This document shows, piece after piece, positions 1 to 11,269 of a stretch of 40,985 nt of DNA (within the stretch, counting starts at the first letter, position 1; every line of letters begins with the position of its first letter). The translations under genes were made by a program, and so were the position numbers. Below the pieces are notes generated by a model that saw only the letters and a list, made by a program, of their open reading frames with translations, did no database searches and was not told the DNA's origin. This DNA is from Octopus sinensis (taxonomy: Eukaryota): assembly GCF_006345805.1 (NCBI RefSeq), contig NW_021835213.1, forward strand, positions 1-40,985, given 5' to 3'.

Positions 1-147
1 TCTATGAGTGAAAGTTGGGAAAGATGGGGTAGAGATTAAGCGACAGAAAGACCAGATTTGAGACGAAAAGTGAAAGTTTATATGTTGTGGAGAAATGCTT
101 CAGCTAGCATTTGAGACGGAAGACAACGATAAGGCTTGATGGTGATG

Positions 148-180
<33 letters not shown>

Positions 181-207
181 ATATATACACACACATATGT
201 ATATATA

Positions 208-518
208 TCCACCGATTATCGGTGAGCCAGGCGACGTGTCCAGCCCATCTAAACTTGCTGTGGGTATATTCTGCAATGACATCCCTCACGCCGGACTTCT
301 CTCTGGTGACCTCGCTCGCGCAGTTGTCGAGTGGTACCAGCGCGAGCGGAAACGACCACCCGGAAGGCCTCCACGACAGTGGAGTTACGATTTCAGGAGG
401 ACGATTCGGATCACGTGGATAAGAAAAGTGCGATCCAGAGAGGAGTGGACAGCGTGCTGTGACCAGCGGTGTCAAATGGACGCCCGACGGACTGGTCGGT
501 CAAGGTGATCAAGGTGAT
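208..518 (+). mobile_element. 3' end of an RTE-clade LINE with an inverted 5' segment (208-314 minus, 315-518 plus)
   Basis: Minus 208-314 reads EVTREKSGVRDVIAEYTHSKFRWAGHVAWLTDNRW. Plus 315-508 reads (T)RAVVEWYQRERKRPPGRPPRQW...GRSR*. Both match the RTE ORF C-terminus (RWAGHV, GRP..RW motifs). Short tandem tail (TCAAGGTGA)x2. Confidence 0.85.
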
Positions 519-523
519 ATACC

Positions 524-928
524 CTCTTTACTCTTTTACTTGTTTCAGTCATTTGACTGCGGCCATGCTGGAGCACCGCTGTTAGTCGAGCAACTCGACC
601 CCGGGACTTATTCATTGTAAGCCCAGTACTTATTCTATTGGTCTCTTTTGCTGAACCGCTAAGTGACAGGGACATAAACACACCAGCATCGGTTGTCAAG
701 CAATACTAGGGGGACAAATACAACCATACACGCACACACACATATATATATATATACATATATACAACGGGCTTCTTTCAGTTTCCATCTACCAAATCCA
801 CTCTCAAGGCTTTGGTCGGCCCGGGGCTATAGGAGAAGACACTTGCTCCAGGTGCCACTCAGTGGGACTGAACCCGGAACCATGTGGTTGGTAAGCAAGC
901 TACTAACCACACAGCCACTCCTGCACCT
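524..928 (-). mobile_element. tRNA-derived SINE family A, full length
   Basis: On the minus strand: A-box-like TGGCTGTGTGG, B-box-like GGTTCAGTCC, internal CA/TA microsatellite and (AAGAGTA)n tail. About 12 related copies in the window. Confidence 0.9.
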
Positions 929-1186
929 ATATCAAAATTTGATACTGATTAGAAGATCGAAAATCCACCTGAAGATTGTCGGAGCAGACATGAAACAATT
1001 GTAGTGGCGGTTTATTTAATTTATATTAAAATTTTATGTATTGATTAAGTCTTTCCTTGTTTGGTTTGCAAAATAGTGGTTTTGTCTCGAATTATATTTT
1101 ATAATATTTTACTATAAAATTGGATTTAACCCTAAATCTGATTTTTCCCTGTAATTTTGGATTCATTCCCTAATATTTATTATTAT
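929..1186 (+). mobile_element. Penelope-like element pLTR remnant
   Basis: Contains a hammerhead motif at 965-1007, runs into (TA)n, and is homologous to 18121-18375. Confidence 0.65.
965..1007 (+). ncRNA. Minimal type I hammerhead ribozyme motif
   Basis: CCAC-CTGAAGA-t-TGTC(ggagca)GACA-t-GAAA-C(aatt)G-TA-GTGG. Stem I CCAC/GTGG, core boxes intact, 4-bp stem II, 1-bp stem III with palindromic tetraloop, GUA cleavage triplet. Confidence 0.75.
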
Positions 1187-1850
1187 GTATATATATATAT
1201 ATACTCATACAAACACACACATATCGTGTGTGTGTGTTTATGCAAGCATATACATACATCCACAAGCATATACATACATGCATGCCTGTATTACACACAC
1301 ACACACACACATGCACGCACACACACTCATAGTGACACCCACTCACACAACCACATATATATACACCCTGTTTTACGCGCTTGTCTCTGCTGAATCAACA
1401 TAGAAATGTGTATGTATGTATGTATGTAATTATGTGTATATAAATAAGTAGGGGATCTTGAATGTGTGTAGAGCAAATACAAGTAAACAGTCAGGTGTGT
1501 GTGTGTATACATATATATATGTTTATATATATATATACATACATATGTTTATATCTATATGTTTATATATGTGTGTGTGCGTGTGTGCACATGTATATGT
1601 GTATGTATATATATATGTGTATATATATATGTGTAATGTATATGTACATGCATATGTTTATGTGTATGTATGTGTATATATGTGTATGTATATATATATG
1701 TGTGTATATATATATATATGTATTTATGTGTGTGTGTATGTATATGTATGTGTATGTGTACATATGTGTATATTGTATGTAATATATATGTGTGTATATG
1801 TATATATGTGTATACATGTAGGTATGTATAAAGGTATAAATATATATATA

Positions 1851-1910
<60 letters not shown>

Positions 1911-1921
1911 GTATATATATG

Positions 1922-1956
<35 letters not shown>

Positions 1957-2035
1957 CTGTGTGTGTATGTGTATATACGTGTGTATATATATATATACAC
2001 ACATGTAACTTACATTATGCACATGTATGTATGTA
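1187..2035. repeat. Compound (TA)n/(CA)n/(TG)n microsatellite field
   Basis: Direct inspection. Confidence 0.95.
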
Positions 2036-2356
2036 GAACACTTATAAAAACAACCATGTGTACCCGGAGCATCTCGGGTATGTGACAACACCCGGCAGTA
2101 CACAGCATTCCTGTCTAGCAGAACAGCTTCTTGTAGGGGGTAGATCTTCGGGTGGGGGTGATGGGTGGGTGGAGCTAGGTTTAAACATGAGACAGAATAA
2201 ACATCGAGTGGGGGGGGGTAGAATAAGGGTGGATAATTAGGTGGGAGGGTGGATGGGGTTTACATGGTGGGGGTTTAAATAGTATACAGGGGTGTTGCTG
2301 CTGTTGTTGTTGTTTAGCCCCGGGTCAGTCCTGTTCCAGATCCTGGTAGTCAGTCT

Positions 2357-2497
2357 GAATTCGAATTCCACTGAGGTCGACCTTGCCTTTCATCTTTTCA
2401 GCGTCGATAAATTAAGTACCAGTTGCATACTGGGGTCAATGCAATCGACAGGTCCCCTCTTACAAAATTTCAGGCCTTGTGCCTTTAGTAGAAAGGA
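2357..2497 (+). mobile_element. 5'-truncated SINE family C
   Basis: GAGGTCGACCTTGCCTTTCATC...GTCGATAAATTAAGTACCAG core-like block; related copy on minus at 30150-30256. Confidence 0.65.
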
Positions 2498-2781
2498 TCA
2501 TCATCATCATCATCGTCATCGTCATCATCATCATCACCTTCATCATCGTCATCACCATCACCATCATCATCATCGTCATCATCACCTTCATCATCGTCAT
2601 CATTATCATCACCTTCATCATCATCACCACCACCATCATCACCACCACCATCACCATCACCATCATCGTCATCATCATTATCACCATCATCATCACCTTC
2701 ATCCTCTTCATCATCATCATCATCACCCTCATCATCACCATCATCATCATCACCATCATCATCACCATCATCATCATCCTC

Positions 2782-2813
<32 letters not shown>

Positions 2814-3165
2814 CATGATCATCATCATCATCATCATCACTGTCATCGTCATCATCATCACCACCTTCTTCATCATCATCATCAGCAGCATCATCATCAC
2901 CATCATTATCATCACTGTCATCGTCATCATCACCACCTTCTTCATCATCACCATTACCACCTTCATCACCATCATCATCATCATCACTGTCATAATCTAC
3001 ATCCTCCTCCTCATCCTCCACCTCCACATCATCATCTCCATCGCTGTCATCCTTGCCATTATCGTTTCCCCCTCTTTCACTCATTACTGTCACTGCCATC
3101 ACCTTCTTCTCTCCTTCTTCTTTCCACTTCTTTCGACCCCACCCCTCCCCCTCCTCCTCCTCCAA
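2497..3165. repeat. (CAT/CAC)n trinucleotide microsatellite
   Basis: Direct inspection; explains the poly-His, poly-Ile and poly-Asp ORFs. Confidence 0.95.
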
Positions 3166-3645
3166 TGAACGATTTTTCCCCAGCCTCCTTCAGACAGTTT
3201 CCAGATGTTAATCACGTATGATGCGTGTCCCCTGCGAAACGTGTAGAGCTGCATCCACTTCACATTATGCTGCTTCCGTCCATCCATACGTGAAGTGGAT
3301 ACTTCAACTTCATTCACGTTTGCTGCGCTGCAGCAATATCAGAATGGCGGAATACGAGAATAGAGGAATCTTGGAATGCCGCCAATCCTTCTCTTTCACT
3401 CTGTCTGTGTGTCTGACAGTCTTTGTGTGTACTTCATCTTGCTTTAAGAAGTTCGTTGACTCGGAGCTTCTTGTAGAATTTCTAAGCACCAAACACACAC
3501 ACACACACACACATCAAAGTACACACGAACGAAACTCTCAGCTTTTGAGTCACTTCGTAACTTTTACTGATTATTTATAATGAGAAATATGTATTCACAC
3601 ACACACACACACACACATAAGTATATATATATATATATATATATA

Positions 3646-4050
3646 TTATCAATAATAAAGGGTGAAATTAATTTAGAAATAATCATTAATATCACCAAGT
3701 AGATTTCGGCATGTAAAAGACCCATTCAAGGAAGGTTTAAGTAATACTAAGTAATTAAGGGTTCAGCAACGATTTGCCTCACCACACACCGAATTTAGAA
3801 ATAGGAGTCAAAAAGTTTTGGCGATTCTTTCTACTTAAAAGGGAAATCCCAGTAAAACCAAAGCACTTAAAAAACAAACGACGCGGGCAAAAGAGAAAGA
3901 AATGACGAAAATCATTCTATATTAAGTTACCTACGGACGCACGTTTCGGAATTAAGTCATTGCAGAGCATAAAAATTAAATAATTATGTCTTACCTGACT
4001 ATTTTCCTTCTCAGCGTAGGACTCTTCAATTATAATAATATATTATAAAT
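3646..4050 (-). mobile_element. Penelope-like pLTR remnant (second family)
   Basis: Hammerhead-like motif at 3930-4020 (minus); (TA)n on both sides; GT splice donor (CAG/GTAAGA) inside the motif. Confidence 0.55.
3930..4020 (-). ncRNA. Hammerhead-like motif, probably with a 1-nt core deletion
   Basis: Minus strand: CCTACG-CTGAGAA-GGAA...long loop...TTCC-GAAA-C(gtgc)G-TC-CGTAGG. 6-bp stem I, 4-bp stem II, GUC triplet. Confidence 0.6.
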
Positions 4051-4068
4051 ATATATATATATATATCG

Positions 4069-4470
4069 ACTCGACTGGCTTCTGTGCCGGTGGCACATAA
4101 AAAGCACCATCTGAACGTGGCCGATGCCAGCGCCGCCTTGACTGGCTTCCGTGCCGGTGGCATGTTAAAAGCACCATCCGAACATGGCTGATGCCAGTGC
4201 TGCCTTGACTGGCTTCCATGCTGGTGGCACATTAAAAGCACCATCCGAACGTGGCCAATGCCAGACACCCCTGGCACCTGTGCCAGTGGCACGTAAAAAG
4301 CACCCACTACACTCGCGGAGTGATTGGCGTTAGGAAGGGCATCCAGCTGTAGAAACACTGCCAGATCAGACTGGAGCCTGGTGCAGCCTCCTGGCTTCCC
4401 AGACGCCGGATGAATCGTCCAACCTATGCTAGCATGGACAGTGGACGTTAAACGATGATGATGATGATGA
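4069..4470 (+). mobile_element. Family B: RTE-type LINE 3'-UTR-like piece with tandem ~68-bp modules and (GAT)n tail
   Basis: Repeated GTGCCGGTGGCAC..AAAAGCACC modules, then GGCGTTAGGAAGGGCATCCAGCTG...GACGTTAAACGATGATGAT. The RTE assignment is from recall of similar tails. Confidence 0.75.
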
Positions 4471-4491
4471 TATATATATATATATATATAT

Positions 4492-4844
4492 ACTAGCTCT
4501 GTCGCCCGGCGTTGCTCGGGTTTGTTTCAACCCTTTAGAATTGGAATTATGTAGCTTGTTATTCTCTTTAAGTGAACATTTTTCTGGTGGAAATACACTG
4601 AAAAATGGCGACATAGCAGTCAAAAAATTTTCATAGAAGAAATGCACCTTTTTGATATATAGAATTTTTGGTGTTAACATGATCCGATTTGAATGTTTTC
4701 TTCTACGGAAAGAAGAGCAAGCCTTCTTCTATCATACTCTCAATTTTGGTCAACTTGCACCGCAGGGTCTCGGAGGAGATAGTGTTAGTTGAAGGCTACA
4801 AAACCTGCCATACACAGACAATTTCAGCTTTATATATAGAGAAG
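4492..4844 (+). mobile_element. Non-autonomous Helentron/HINE-like element
   Basis: 5' ACTAGC...CCCGGCGTTGCTCGGG hairpin; 3' ACAGACA...TTTATATATAGA end. Its 3' part recurs at 25411-25519. Confidence 0.65.
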
Positions 4845-4845
4845 T

Positions 4846-5125
4846 ATCTCTATATAGATAGATAGATAGATAAATATATAGATAGATAGATATAGATAGA
4901 TAGATAGATTGATAGATAGACAGATATAGATAGATAGATAGATAGATAGATAGAAAGACAGATAGATAGACAAATAGATAGATAGACAGATGGATAGATA
5001 GATAAATAGATGGATAGGTAGATAGGTAGATAGATAGAGAGATAGATAGACATTTATTTATCTATTTAACTACAGACAGACACACCAATGGATAGATAGG
5101 TAAATTTGATAGACAGACAGACATA
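4846..5125. repeat. (GATA)n tetranucleotide microsatellite
   Basis: Direct inspection. Confidence 0.95.
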
Positions 5126-5471
5126 TTGAAAGTAAAAGAGTGAGTTTGTCAACTGAAATATCTTCCAAGAAATCGGCTGCATGAAGAGGTGGCGCTAGTG
5201 TTGTGAAGCTCGCAGAAGTGTGTGTTGTGTGTGTGTGTACTGACATATATGTGTGCATCTATACATACATATGAATGTATACACATCAATATTTTTATGA
5301 ATCCGTGTGTGTGTGTGAGTGTGTGTGTGTGTGTGTAGTTGTGTGCTTGTTTTATGCTAATATATATATATATTATATGTGAGTGTGTGTGTGTATTATA
5401 TATATATAAATATATAATATATATATATATATGTATGTATGTGCACACACACACGTGTGTGAGCACATATA

Positions 5472-5878
5472 CTCTTTACTCTTTTTCTTTTACTTGTTTC
5501 AGTCATTTGACTGCGGCCATGCTGGAGCACCGCCTTTAGTCGAGCAAATCGACCCAGGGACTTATTCTTTGTAAGCCCAGTACTTATCCTATCGGTTTCT
5601 TTTGTGGAACCGCTAAGTGACAGGGACGTAAACACACCAGCATCGGTTGTCAAGCAATGCTAGGGGGACAAACACAGACACACACACATACACACATATA
5701 TATATACACATATACGACAGGCTTCTTTCAGTTTCCGTCTACCAAATCCACTCACAAAGCTTTGGTCTGCCCGAGGCTATAGAAGAAGACACTTACCCAA
5801 GGTGCCACGCAGTGGGATTGAACCCGGAACCATGTGGTTGGCTAGCAAGCTACTTACCACACAGCCACTCCTGCGCCT
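5472..5878 (-). mobile_element. SINE family A, full length
   Basis: High similarity to 524-928. Confidence 0.9.
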
Positions 5879-6324
5879 ATACATACATATATATCATCAT
5901 CATGAGATATATATATATATATATATATGTGTGTATGTATGTATATATGCAAGAGACAAAAATGTGTGTGCATGTCTATCTATGAGTGCGTATAGCTACA
6001 TGCGTGTATGTGTAAGCGTGTGTGTGTGTGTCTGTGTGTGTGTGTGTGTGTGTGGTGTCTCTATGTGAAGACAACAAGGTTAAACGGTCGATTGAAAGAC
6101 AGGGGAGGATTATGAAGAGACAGAGGGGTTTGAGGGGAGGGGCAGTGGCTGAGTGACCGGATTAGTGATGTGTGTGTAGATTTATGTGCATATGCATGTG
6201 TGTCCGTGTGTGTGTTTGCAGCGGTCGGTTGGGTGCAATGTTTGTTGTAAGATGGAATTGTTACATGAGTTTTCTTGCGTGAAAGGGATTATGGGAAGGA
6301 ACACCTTGGTTACATATGTAAGCG

Positions 6325-6465
6325 TCTATATGTATATATATATATATATGTGTGTGTGTATATATATATACATATATGTATATATATATATATGTACATA
6401 CATACATATATATATATATAGATCTATATCTATATATATATATGTGCATATAAATATAAATATAA

Positions 6466-6510
<45 letters not shown>

Positions 6511-7120
6511 ATACATATATATAAACACACATGCACACATATGTGTATGTGTAAATACACACACACATATACATAGATATAGGTAAATTGGCCTATGTGT
6601 ATCTATATATATGTATGTGTGTGCATGTGTGTGTATGTGTGTGCATATATTTGTGTGTGTTCTGTTAGTGTGTATATGTGTAGTTATATACGAAAATGTG
6701 CTTGTGTGCATATTATCATAAGTAAACATCTATATCTATCTATCTATCTATCTATATCTATATGTGTGTGTGTGTGTGTGTGTGTATACACACACATATA
6801 TATTTATTGATATATGTATATGTGCACATATATATATATCTATATATATATATGTATGTATGTACATATACATACACACACACACATATATATACATACA
6901 TATATCTATATGTGTATATATATATATATATATATACATACATACACACACAGACATATATGTATATGTACATATATATATGTGTGTGTGTGTGTGTATA
7001 TACATATATACGCACGCATATATCTTTGATATACATATGTAAATATAAATATATATATATATAGATATATGTCTGTGTGTGTATATATACAATGCATATA
7101 TCAAATATAAATAAACACGC
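6325..7120. repeat. Compound TA/CA microsatellite field
   Basis: Direct inspection. Confidence 0.9.
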
Positions 7121-7574
7121 ATACACACTTGGTGATGTTGGTGGCGATGATGATGATGACGATGATGGATTTGAGGAAGTGTTATGTGATGTTTGCTGGA
7201 CACGCTTCGCTGGTTCAGGAACTCCGTAAACATTTGTTTTCTGTTTACCAAATTATGTCCCAGATATCATCCACCACCGACACCACCACCACCACCAGCC
7301 CCCATCGCCCTGTCCCCCACCTCACCCCAACCAGCACCATTCCACCTTTTACAAGTTGTTAAACCTCACCACTACTAGCTATGACTAACACTTACAGAAA
7401 CACATACATACCTATATATAATTTATATATATATATATACACACATACACACAAATACACACATACATGTTTTACTCTTGCTTATGTGCACTTTACATGC
7501 ATACATACGCATATGTGTATGTAAATTTAAACATACATGCACACTGTGTGTGCATATAAAGAAGAGAACACCTT

Positions 7575-8695
7575 TTGAACATTGGGCCTGGTGGAGGCAA
7601 AGTGGCTCACTTCGTCTTGAGCATTGGGCCTGGTGGAGGCAAAGTGGCTGAGTTCCTCTTGAGTATTGGGCCTGGTGGAGGCAAAGTGGTTGAGTTCCTC
7701 TTGAGCATTGGGCCTGGTGAAGGCAAAGTGGCTGAGTTCCTCTTGAGCATTGGGCCTGGTGGAGGCAAAGTGGTTGAGTTCCTCTTGAGCATTGGGCCTG
7801 GTGAAGGCAAAGTGGTTGAGTTCCTCTTGAGCATTGGGCCTGGTGGAGGCAAAGTGTTGAGTTCCTCTTGAGCATATTGGGCCGGTGAAGGCAAAGTGGC
7901 TGAGTTCCTCTTGAGCATTGGGCCTGGTGAAGGCAAAGTGGCTGAGTTCCTCTTGAGCATTGGGCCTGTGGAGGCAAGTGGCTGAGTTCCTCTTGAGCAT
8001 TGGGCCTGGTGAGGCAAAGTGGTTGAGTTCCTCTTGAGCATTGGGCCTGGTGGAAGGCAAAGTGTTGAGTTCCTCTTGAGCATTGGGCCTGGTGGAGGCA
8101 AAGTGGCTGAGTTCCTCTTGAGCATTGGCCTGGTGGAGGCAAAGTGGCTGAGTTCCTCTTGAGCATTGGGCCTGGTGAAGGCAAAGTGGTTGAGTTCCTC
8201 TTGAGCATTGGGCCTGGTGAAGGCAAAGTGGTTGAGTTCCTCTTGAGCATTGGGCCTGGTGGAGGCAAAGTGGCTGAGTTCCTCTTGAGCATTGGGCCTG
8301 GTGGAGGCAAAGTGGCTGAGTTCCTCTTGAGCATTGGGCCTGGTGAAGGCAAAGTGGCTGAGTTCCTCTTGAGCATTGGGCCTGGTGAAGGCAAAGTGGC
8401 TGAGTTCCTCTTGAGCATTGGGCCTGGTGAAGGCAAAGTGGCTGAGTTCCTCTGAGCATTGGCCTGGTGAAGGCAAAGTGGCTGAGTTCCTCTTGAGCAT
8501 TGGGCCTGGTGGAGGCAAAGTGGCTGAGTTCCTCTTGAGCATTGGGCCTGGTGGAGGCAAAGTGGCTGAGTTCCTCTTGAGCATTGGGCCTGGTGGAGGC
8601 AAAGTGGCTGAGTTCCTCTTGAGCATTGGGCCTGGTGAAGGCAAAGTGGCTGAGTTCCTTTCGAGTGTTGGGCCTCAAGGAGGCAATGGCTGAGA
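7575..8695. repeat. 42-bp minisatellite, about 26 copies
   Basis: Unit GAGTTCCTCTTGAGCATTGGGCCTGGTGGAGGCAAAGTGGCT; the last unit grades into family B sequence. Confidence 0.95.
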
Positions 8696-8945
8696 CCTTT
8701 GTCATTAGGTCATGCTTGAGAAATCGCATCAAGCTGAGCAAAATCGTAGTCGTAGCAGATACAGGTGTCACTCAAATGGCACACTGTTATACTCTCAGAG
8801 CAGTTGGGGTTAGGAAGGGCATCCAGTCATAGAAAACCATGCCAAATCAGACTGGATCCTGGTGCAGCCTTCCAGCTTACCAGCCCTGGTCAAACCATCC
8901 AACCATTGCCAGCATGGACAACAGACGTGAAACAATGACAATGAT
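8660..8945 (+). mobile_element. Family B 3' end
   Basis: GGTTAGGAAGGGCATCCAGTC...CCAGCATGGACAACAGACGTGAAACAATGAC tail. Confidence 0.75.
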
Positions 8946-9129
8946 GAGATAGACAGACAGACAGACAGACAGAAGAGTAGATAGCATATAAAAACATATA
9001 CACATGGGACAGGCCCCGAGTTTGATTCCTGGCATCTTTAGAATGTTTTAAAGGTGGAACTCCAGTATGGGCTCTGGCTCTGCCTCTGGCTTCAGCTAAA
9101 AAAAGATATGCATACATATGTATATGTGT

Positions 9130-9133
9130 GAGT

Positions 9134-9194
<61 letters not shown>

Positions 9195-9697
9195 AGTGTG
9201 TGTGTGTGTGTGTGTGAGTGTGTGTGAGTGTGTGTGAGTGTGTTGTGTGTGTGAGTGTGTGTGTGTGTGTGTGGTGTGTGATTGGTGTGTGAGTGTGTGT
9301 GAGTGTGTGTGAGTGTGTGTGTGTGTGAGTGTGTGTGAGTGTGTGTTGAGTGTGTGTGAGTGTGTGTGAGTGGTGTGTGTGAGTGTGTGTGTGTGTGTGG
9401 TGTGTGGTGGTGTGTGTGAGTGTGTGTGTGAGTGGTGTGAGTGTGTGTGAGTGTGTGTGTGTGTGTGTGAGTGTGTGTGAGTGGTGTGTGAGTGTGTGTG
9501 AGTGTGTGTGAGTGTGTGTGTGTGATTGTGAGTGTGGGTGTGAGTGTGTGTGAGTGTGCGTGAGTGTGTGTGAGTGTGTGTGAGTGTGTGTGGTGAGTGT
9601 GTGTGTGTGTGTGTGAGTGTGTTGTGTGTTGTGAGTGTGTGGGTGTGTGTGTGTGGTGTGGTGATGGTGTGTGTGAGTGTGTGTGTGTGTGGTGTGT
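9130..9697. repeat. (GT)n/(GAGT)n microsatellite
   Basis: Direct inspection. Confidence 0.95.
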
Positions 9698-9707
9698 TTA
9701 GATATAT

Positions 9708-9913
9708 CTCTTTTACTCTTTTACTTGTTTCAGTCATGTGACTGTGGCCATACTGGAGCACCGCCTTTAGTCGAGCAAATCGACACATGGTTCCGGGTTC
9801 AGTTCCACTGTGTGGCATCTTGGGCAAGTGTCTTCTGCTATAGCCCCGGGCCGACCAATGCCTTGTGAGTGGATTTGGTAGACGGAAACTGAAAGAAGCC
9901 TGTCGTATATATG

Positions 9914-9948
<35 letters not shown>

Positions 9949-10150
9949 ATGTGTTTGTGTTTGTCCCCCTAGCATTGCTTGACAATCGATGCTGGTGTGT
10001 TTACGTCCCCGTTACTTAGCGGTTCGGCAAAAGAGACCGATAGAATAAGTACTGGGCTTACAAAGAATAAGTCCCGGGGTCGATTTGCTCGACTAAAGGC
10101 GGTGCTCCAGCATGGCCGCAGTCAAAATGACTGAAACATGTAAAAGAGAG
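9708..10150. mobile_element. Head-to-head fused SINE A pieces: 3' tail on minus (9708-9784) joined to a 5'-truncated copy on plus (9785-10150)
   Basis: Reverse-complemented tail CTCTTTTACTTGTTTCAG...AAATCGAC abuts ACATGGTTCCGGGTTCAG of a forward copy. Confidence 0.85.
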
Positions 10151-10538
10151 AAAGGTTAGAGTGTGACAGGGAGACAGAAGAAGGGGTCTTTCCACAACAG
10201 AGGGGGCATTAGAATTGGTAACCCGGGATCAAATGAGGAAAGGTTAGAGTATAGCAGAGAAGTAGAGAGGCAGAAATAGGTGTGTTGCTAGAGAGGGGGT
10301 ATATGGTTACCCAACGAGAGAGAGAGAAGGAAGAGAGTGATTTAGATTCTGTCTTGCTTCATGTTTTGCAGGTCCCTAACAGAGCCTCATTGTTTACGTA
10401 TTTCATGTTGTTTGCGTATTTCATTTAGTTTACTGTTGGTGATGTCCTATACCCATGTATATATATATATACACACATACAATATATATATACACACACA
10501 TATATATATATATACACACATACATATATATATACATA

Positions 10539-10578
<40 letters not shown>

Positions 10579-10590
10579 GCATGTATTATT

Positions 10591-10621
<31 letters not shown>

Positions 10622-10922
10622 CATACATATATACATATCAATATACATATACACATATATACACATGCATATACACTCACATATATGTGAGTATATATAT
10701 ATGCATAAATACATAAATACCTATATATTTATCTCTCTCTCTCTCTTTCTCTCTCTACATACACACACACACACATAGACACACACATACACACACTTAG
10801 ACGCACTCAGAAATGGACACACGTGTATACTTAGATATGTATTCATGTACTTGTATTCATGTATATATCCATATATTACCCGATCCAAACACATATATGT
10901 ATGCGTGTGTGCATGTATATGA

Positions 10923-10967
<45 letters not shown>

Positions 10968-11269
10968 TGTATATGTACATATGCCAACACACATACACCA
11001 CCTCCCTACACACAACCCCACCACCACCATCACCACCACCACCACCACCAAGACATGTAAACACACAAGTCTACCAGGGAACAAAGAGATCCTGTGTGTG
11101 TGTGTGTCAGACAGACAGACAGACATTGGTGACCATTGACAACGGCTATTCATTAAGACCCGGGCCATTAAGATAATTAAACAAGCTGGCACCGGGGAGG
11201 TGGGTGGGTGGCGACAGCAGTGGTGGCGGTGGCACGGTGGGTGGGTGATGATTCCGAGTGTGTGTGTGT

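Noticed and set aside
2050-2110. ACCCG-gagcatct-CGGGTATG hairpin like a HINE 5' end
   Set aside because: Too short and diverged; no matching 3' end nearby.
2292-3221. 309-aa His-rich ORF and overlapping poly-Ile, poly-Met and poly-Asp ORFs
   Set aside because: (CAT)n repeat open on both strands; its 5' part is SINE sequence.
4083-4108. Pistol or twister ribozyme reading of the family B module
   Set aside because: Only the pseudoknot topology is similar; catalytic consensus nucleotides are absent.
7423-8771. 337-414 aa repetitive ORFs
   Set aside because: Product of a 42-bp (in-frame) minisatellite; open on both strands and broken by indels.
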